Shown in pieces: positions 60,217-64,000 of a DNA stretch of 64,000 nt. Below the pieces are notes generated by a model. The model saw only the letters and a list, made by a program, of their open reading frames with translations. It ran no database searches and was not told where the DNA came from. The translations under genes and the position numbers were made by a program. The DNA comes from Planctomycetia bacterium. Its GTDB lineage: Bacteria; Planctomycetota; JAJSAM01; JAJVHW01. The stretch is from the NCBI GenBank assembly GCA_031404455.1, contig JANNHP010000312.1:25780-89779 (forward strand). Reading direction: 5' to 3'. Numbering within the stretch: the first letter of the stretch is position 1; every line of letters starts with the position of its first letter.

Positions 60217-61199
60217 GCGGCGTCGTCTTCCTCGGCAGCGACGACGTCGCCGCGGCGTGCCTCGGCCTGCTCGCGCGCGAAGCCGAGGTCGCGCTCGTCG
60301 TCACGCAACCGCGCCGCCGCCGCGGCCGCGGCGGGCCGGAGCGGCCGACGCCGGTCGCGGAGGAGGCCGTCCGTCTCGGAATCGCGGTCCTCGAGACCGC
60401 CGACGTCAACGCCCCGGCCGACGTCGCGCGCATCGCGGCCGCGGCGCCGCGGCTCCTCGTGGTCGTCGCGTTCGGGCAGATGCTGCGCCGCGCCGTCCGC
60501 GAGACGGCACCGCTCGGCGGCGTCAACCTCCACTTCTCGCTGCTCCCCAGGTGGCGCGGCGCGGCTCCCGTGCAGCGCGCGATCCTCGCGGGCGACGCCG
60601 AGACGGGTGTCGCGGTGCAGCGTCTCCTCGCGAAGCTCGACGCGGGGCCGGTGCTCGCGTGCTCGCGCGTCGCGATCGGGCCGCGCGACACGACGCCCGC
60701 GCTCCTCTTGCGGCTCACCGAGATCGGCGCGCCGCTCCTCGCGGACGTGGTCCGGCAACTCCTCGCGGACGCGCCGCCCGCGGAATCGGCGCAAGACGAG
60801 TCGCTCCTCACCTATGCGTCGAAGATCGACCGCGCGGAAGGGGACCTCGACTTCGCCGCCGAGGACGCGGACGCGCTCGACCGCCGGGTCCGCGCCTTCG
60901 CTGACGCGCCCGGCTGTCGCGCGTCGCTCGTGCGCGAGGGCGCTGCGCCGATGGACGTCCTCGTCCGCGAGGCCTCGCCGGAGCCGGGCCGCGCGGGGGC
61001 GCCGGGACGCGTGCTCGCGGCCGGCGCGGACGGCGTCGTCGTCGCGGCGAAGGGCGGCGCGCTGCGGATCACGCGACTCCAGCGTGTCGGCGGCAAGGAC
61101 GTGGACGTGCGCTCGTTCCTGAACGGATTCCCCATCCGGCCGGGGGACCGCTTCCAACGTCCGGTTCAGCGCGACAGCTCGGCGAGCACCGCTTCGTAG
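60213..61199 (+). CDS. fmt: Methionyl-tRNA formyltransferase
   Basis: Fmt motifs (VVVAFGQMLR, NLHFSLLPRWRGAAPVQRAI) and C-terminal Fmt domain. No ATG/GTG/TTG at the expected N-terminus, so the start is unresolved. Confidence 0.75.
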   Translation: MSGVVFLGSDDVAAACLGLLAREAEVALVVTQPRRRRGRGGPERPTPVAEEAVRLGIAVLETADVNAPADVARIAAAAPRLLVVVAFGQMLRRAVRETAPLGGVNLHFSLLPRWRGAAPVQRAILAGDAETGVAVQRLLAKLDAGPVLACSRVAIGPRDTTPALLLRLTEIGAPLLADVVRQLLADAPPAESAQDESLLTYASKIDRAEGDLDFAAEDADALDRRVRAFADAPGCRASLVREGAAPMDVLVREASPEPGRAGAPGRVLAAGADGVVVAAKGGALRITRLQRVGGKDVDVRSFLNGFPIRPGDRFQRPVQRDSSASTAS

Positions 61200-61792
61200 G
61201 CGTCGCGCAGTTCCTGGAACCGCCGCTGCGACTCGGCGAGGACGACCGGGTCGGCGGTGCGGAGGCGGTCCGGGTGCCAGCGCTTCACGGCGGCGCGCCA
61301 CGCGTGCCTCACCTCGTCGACCGTCGCCGCGGGACCGACGCCGAGGACCCCGCGCGGATCGGTGGGCGCGGCGGTTGCCGAGGGCGCCGCCGCGACGCGG
61401 GACTTCGTCGTCCGCGGTCTCGGCGGCGGCTTGGGCGCAGGCGTGCCGGCAGCGCTCTCGTTGCGGCCGGTCCTCCTGAAGCGCTCGACGTTCCCCGCGT
61501 TGCGGAGCCACCACTCCCGCGCGCGGACCGAGTGCTCGCGGCCCCGCCTCGGGACGAGGCGGTCGATGAGCGTCGGCTCCGTGGCGCCTTCGAGCGGGTA
61601 GAGCATCCAGTCGCCACGGCGGTTGCGGAGCGCGCCCGAGCGCGTGCGGCACACCGTGCAGGTCATCGTCCGGAAGGGTCCGCCCTCGGCGGCGGTGCGC
61701 GATTCGATCACGGCTTCGACTTCCGCGCGCGACGAGGAGATCGGCGCGGAGCAGAACCAGCAGGCTGATCGGCGAGTTCCCGGCGAAGTCAT
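61166..61792 (-). CDS. J-domain (DnaJ-like) protein with N-terminal Cys-rich zinc-ribbon
   Basis: C-terminal J-domain-like segment (DPRGVLGVGPAATVDEVRHAWRAAVKRWHPDRL). N-terminal CWFC...CTVC pairs. Its 3-prime end overlaps the fmt 3-prime end by about 34 nt (convergent). Confidence 0.55.
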   Translation of the reverse strand: MTSPGTRRSACWFCSAPISSSRAEVEAVIESRTAAEGGPFRTMTCTVCRTRSGALRNRRGDWMLYPLEGATEPTLIDRLVPRRGREHSVRAREWWLRNAGNVERFRRTGRNESAAGTPAPKPPPRPRTTKSRVAAAPSATAAPTDPRGVLGVGPAATVDEVRHAWRAAVKRWHPDRLRTADPVVLAESQRRFQELRDAYEAVLAELSR

Positions 61793-62061
61793 GGTGATGA
61801 TTCGTGCCCAGGTTACCGATATAGACGCGAAGGGGCCGCCGGACCCGAGACCGGCCGGCCCACGACGCCCGGGCGCTTCCCCGGGGAGCCTTGGAAACGC
61901 CCGCTGTCACCGTGGAGTCGGACGGTGTCCACGCGCGACGTCATGGAGGCTCGGCGAAGAGCCTCTTGGCGGCCCCGGACGCTTGGCACTGCCTGTGCTT
62001 CACGCTCACCGGTTGCGCCGCGCGGACCAGTGAGCCAAGGCGGCGGCAACCGGAGCCGACC

Positions 62062-62250
62062 ATGCTGAGGATGCGCAACAAGTACTGCTCGAACTGCCTC
62101 TCGACGCAGAGGTTCCTCGACCTCGGCAGCTACCTCGTGTGCGAGCGCTGCAGCAAGCGCCTCGACCACATCCTCCCGGCCGGCCAGCGCCCCGACGCAC
62201 GGATCGTTCCGTGGGTCGAGCGCGTGGAGCCCCGGCGCGAGGCGATGTAG
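62062..62250 (+). CDS. Small zinc-ribbon protein
   Basis: 62 aa with CSNC...CERC (MLRMRNKYCSNCLSTQRFLDLGSYLVCERCSKRL). Confidence 0.35.
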   Translation: MLRMRNKYCSNCLSTQRFLDLGSYLVCERCSKRLDHILPAGQRPDARIVPWVERVEPRREAM

Positions 62251-62253
62251 CGG

Positions 62254-62607
62254 CTAGCGCCTGCGTTCCAGCACGACGGCGACCTCGCCGACGCCCTCGA
62301 CCGCCCCGGGCTTGCTGACCTTGACCGAGACTGCGGTCACGCGCGGCTCGGCGAGGCACACCCGCGCGATCTCTCCGGCGAGCGCCTCGATCAGCCGGTA
62401 GCTCGACGCCGCGCAGGCTTCGCGCACGCGCGACGTCAGCGCGAAGTAGTCGATCGTGTCCTCCAGGCGGTCGCTCGCCGCGGCCGCCGAGAGGTCGCAG
62501 GAGAGTTCCAGGTCGACCCGGAGCGGGCGCTTCGCGAGGCGCTCCCACTCGAACACGCCGACGAGCGCCTCGACCGCGACGTCGCGGAGAAGGACGACGT
62601 CCGTCAT
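62254..62607 (-). CDS. folB: Dihydroneopterin aldolase
   Basis: 117 aa from internal Met. FolB motifs (VGVFEWERLAKRPLRVDLEL, YRLIEALAGEIA). Confidence 0.8.
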   Translation of the reverse strand: MTDVVLLRDVAVEALVGVFEWERLAKRPLRVDLELSCDLSAAAASDRLEDTIDYFALTSRVREACAASSYRLIEALAGEIARVCLAEPRVTAVSVKVSKPGAVEGVGEVAVVLERRR

Positions 62608-63269
62608 CGCCCGGCCGGGCCGCCGGGCCTGCCGCGGGCGATCTCCATGTGGCGCAGCGCCGACCGCCTCCATTCGGCGAACCGCCGGTCGAGCGCCTCG
62701 CGCGCCGTGCGACGTAGCGCTTCGATGCGCTCGCGGGCCGCGGCCACGCGCGACTTCAGGTCCGAGAGAGACACGCGGAGCGGTTCAGGGGCGACCTCCC
62801 GCCCCGCGGCGTCCACGAGGGAGAGGCCTTCGACGTCGTTCCTGCAGGTCGCGACGCCGGTCTTCGTGTCCGTCTCGACGCGGAAGACGCCCTGCGCCAT
62901 GCCGACGACTTCCCGCGCGCCGTCCGACTCGGGGCCGAGGAACGCCACCACGCGCTCGCCGTCGCCCATGCGTGCGGCGCCGATCGTCTCCTGGACGAGC
63001 GTCCCGACCTTCCCGCCGCGCACGCGGACGACGATCTCCTTCGCCGGCTCGCCGAGGAGCGAGGCATCGACGCGGACGCGGTGACGCGTCCAGACGACTC
63101 CCGCGGCGCGGTCGAGGTGCGTCGCGTGGTCGAGGACGACGCCCTCCACGGCGCACGTCGACGCCTCCGCGAGATCCTCGATGCTCGCGCGAACGGCGAC
63201 CGACGCTCGCGCCGTCGCGGCGAGCGCGACGAGCACCACGGCGATCGATCGGACGAGGCTCCGGCTCAC
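62604..63269 (-). CDS. Secreted hypothetical protein
   Basis: 221 aa with N-terminal signal peptide (MSRSLVRSIAVVLVALAATARA). Stop overlaps the folB start (ATGA). Confidence 0.5.
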   Translation of the reverse strand: MSRSLVRSIAVVLVALAATARASVAVRASIEDLAEASTCAVEGVVLDHATHLDRAAGVVWTRHRVRVDASLLGEPAKEIVVRVRGGKVGTLVQETIGAARMGDGERVVAFLGPESDGAREVVGMAQGVFRVETDTKTGVATCRNDVEGLSLVDAAGREVAPEPLRVSLSDLKSRVAAARERIEALRRTAREALDRRFAEWRRSALRHMEIARGRPGGPAGR

Positions 63270-63620
63270 GGACCGGATCGTACCACGCGGGCTAGGCCGA
63301 CTTGGGCCGGAGCATCCCGCTCAGGTTGCGCGCGAGCGCTTCGCGCTGCGAAGGCGTCAGATCGAGGACGCGCGCGCCCGCCTGCATGCGCCGGGTGTGG
63401 AGACGCCGTGGAACGAGCCGCAGGAGCGCCCGGAACGCGGCGGACAGAAAACGATGCTGAGGCATGAGTTACGTCGATGGGTCCGGCGCCGGGGGCGGGC
63501 GCGTCCACAGTGTAGACAGGTTGTGGACAACCGAAAGTAAAGCACGATATGTAGTGCCCCGTCGGTCCGCGCTCCCGAACCCTCTCGCGGGGCGGGCGGC
63601 CGATCGCTACGCTCCGGGCC

Positions 63621-64000
63621 ATGCCGCGATCGCTCGCCGCCGTCCTACGTGTCGCCCTCCTCGCCGTCGCGGGGTGCACCTCGCCGCCCGCTGGGGAGTC
63701 CGCCTATCGCGCCGTGCTCTCGGCCGACCTCTGCCCGCTCACGGCGTCCACCGCGGGCTTCGTGGAGATGAAGGACTCGTCGGCCCGCACGCTGCGCGTT
63801 GAACCGCTCGAGGACGACGCCGCGCGCCTCGTCCTCGACGTGCCGGGTGCCCCGCCCCGCGAGATCCGCGTGGCGCGTCGAGACGGCTCGGTCTTCTTCG
63901 CCGGGAGCATCGGCCCGGGGACCGAGATCCTCCGGCTCGGCGCGGCGCCGGGCGACACGTGGGAGAGCGACGGCCGCAGGGTCACGTTCGAGGGTTGGGA
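63621..64000 (+). CDS. Hypothetical lipoprotein (5-prime partial, runs off window)
   Basis: Signal peptide with lipobox (VALLAVAGCTSP). Open to the window end. Preceded by an AT-richer promoter-like stretch at 63500-63560. Confidence 0.35.
   Translation, partial: MPRSLAAVLRVALLAVAGCTSPPAGESAYRAVLSADLCPLTASTAGFVEMKDSSARTLRVEPLEDDAARLVLDVPGAPPREIRVARRDGSVFFAGSIGPGTEILRLGAAPGDTWESDGRRVTFEGW

Noticed and set aside
63500-63560. AT-richer stretch with TGTGGACAA (one mismatch to a DnaA box) and -35/-10-like hexamers
   Set aside because: Most simply a sigma-70-type promoter for the downstream lipoprotein gene. A single box is insufficient to call an origin element.

Overview
The window is a roughly 72% GC chromosomal segment from a diderm (Gram-negative-type) bacterium; lineage cannot be assigned from sequence alone. 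Three blocks are visible. (1) An ~18.5 kb type VI secretion (T6SS) gene cluster on the minus strand (39-18543): FHA protein, a large pseudokinase-like protein, tssJ, tssK, tssL, tssM, tagF, tssA, tssB, two tssC paralogs and tagJ/impE. The order resembles the Agrobacterium/Rhizobium imp-type layout. hcp, vgrG, tssEFG and clpV are not in the window and are probably beyond coordinate 1. (2) A mixed accessory/metabolic block (18.6-47.4 kb): trpF; a three-gene DUF1501 / decaheme cytochrome c-LVIVD propeller / EF-hand operon; proline dehydrogenase; carbamoyltransferase; acyl-CoA dehydrogenase; cyclophilin; an orphan parB with consensus parS sites; an exopolysaccharide priming transferase; a sigma factor; hemW; a contiguous bshA-bshB-bshC bacillithiol cluster; pyrF; trpG; an MglA-like GTPase fused to a GAF-histidine kinase; and a cysteine desulfurase. 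(3) The replication-origin housekeeping region (47.7-63 kb): dnaA, a putative oriC, dnaN, a DUF721 gene, gyrB, tatA, a giant LptA/OstA-like protein, kdsD, scpA, fmt and folB. No rRNA, tRNA, CRISPR array or transposase was recognised by eye. Many long antisense ORFs in the six-frame track are high-GC shadow ORFs and were not called. Start codons placed inside a listed ORF are approximate (+/- a few nt) and several are GTG/TTG.
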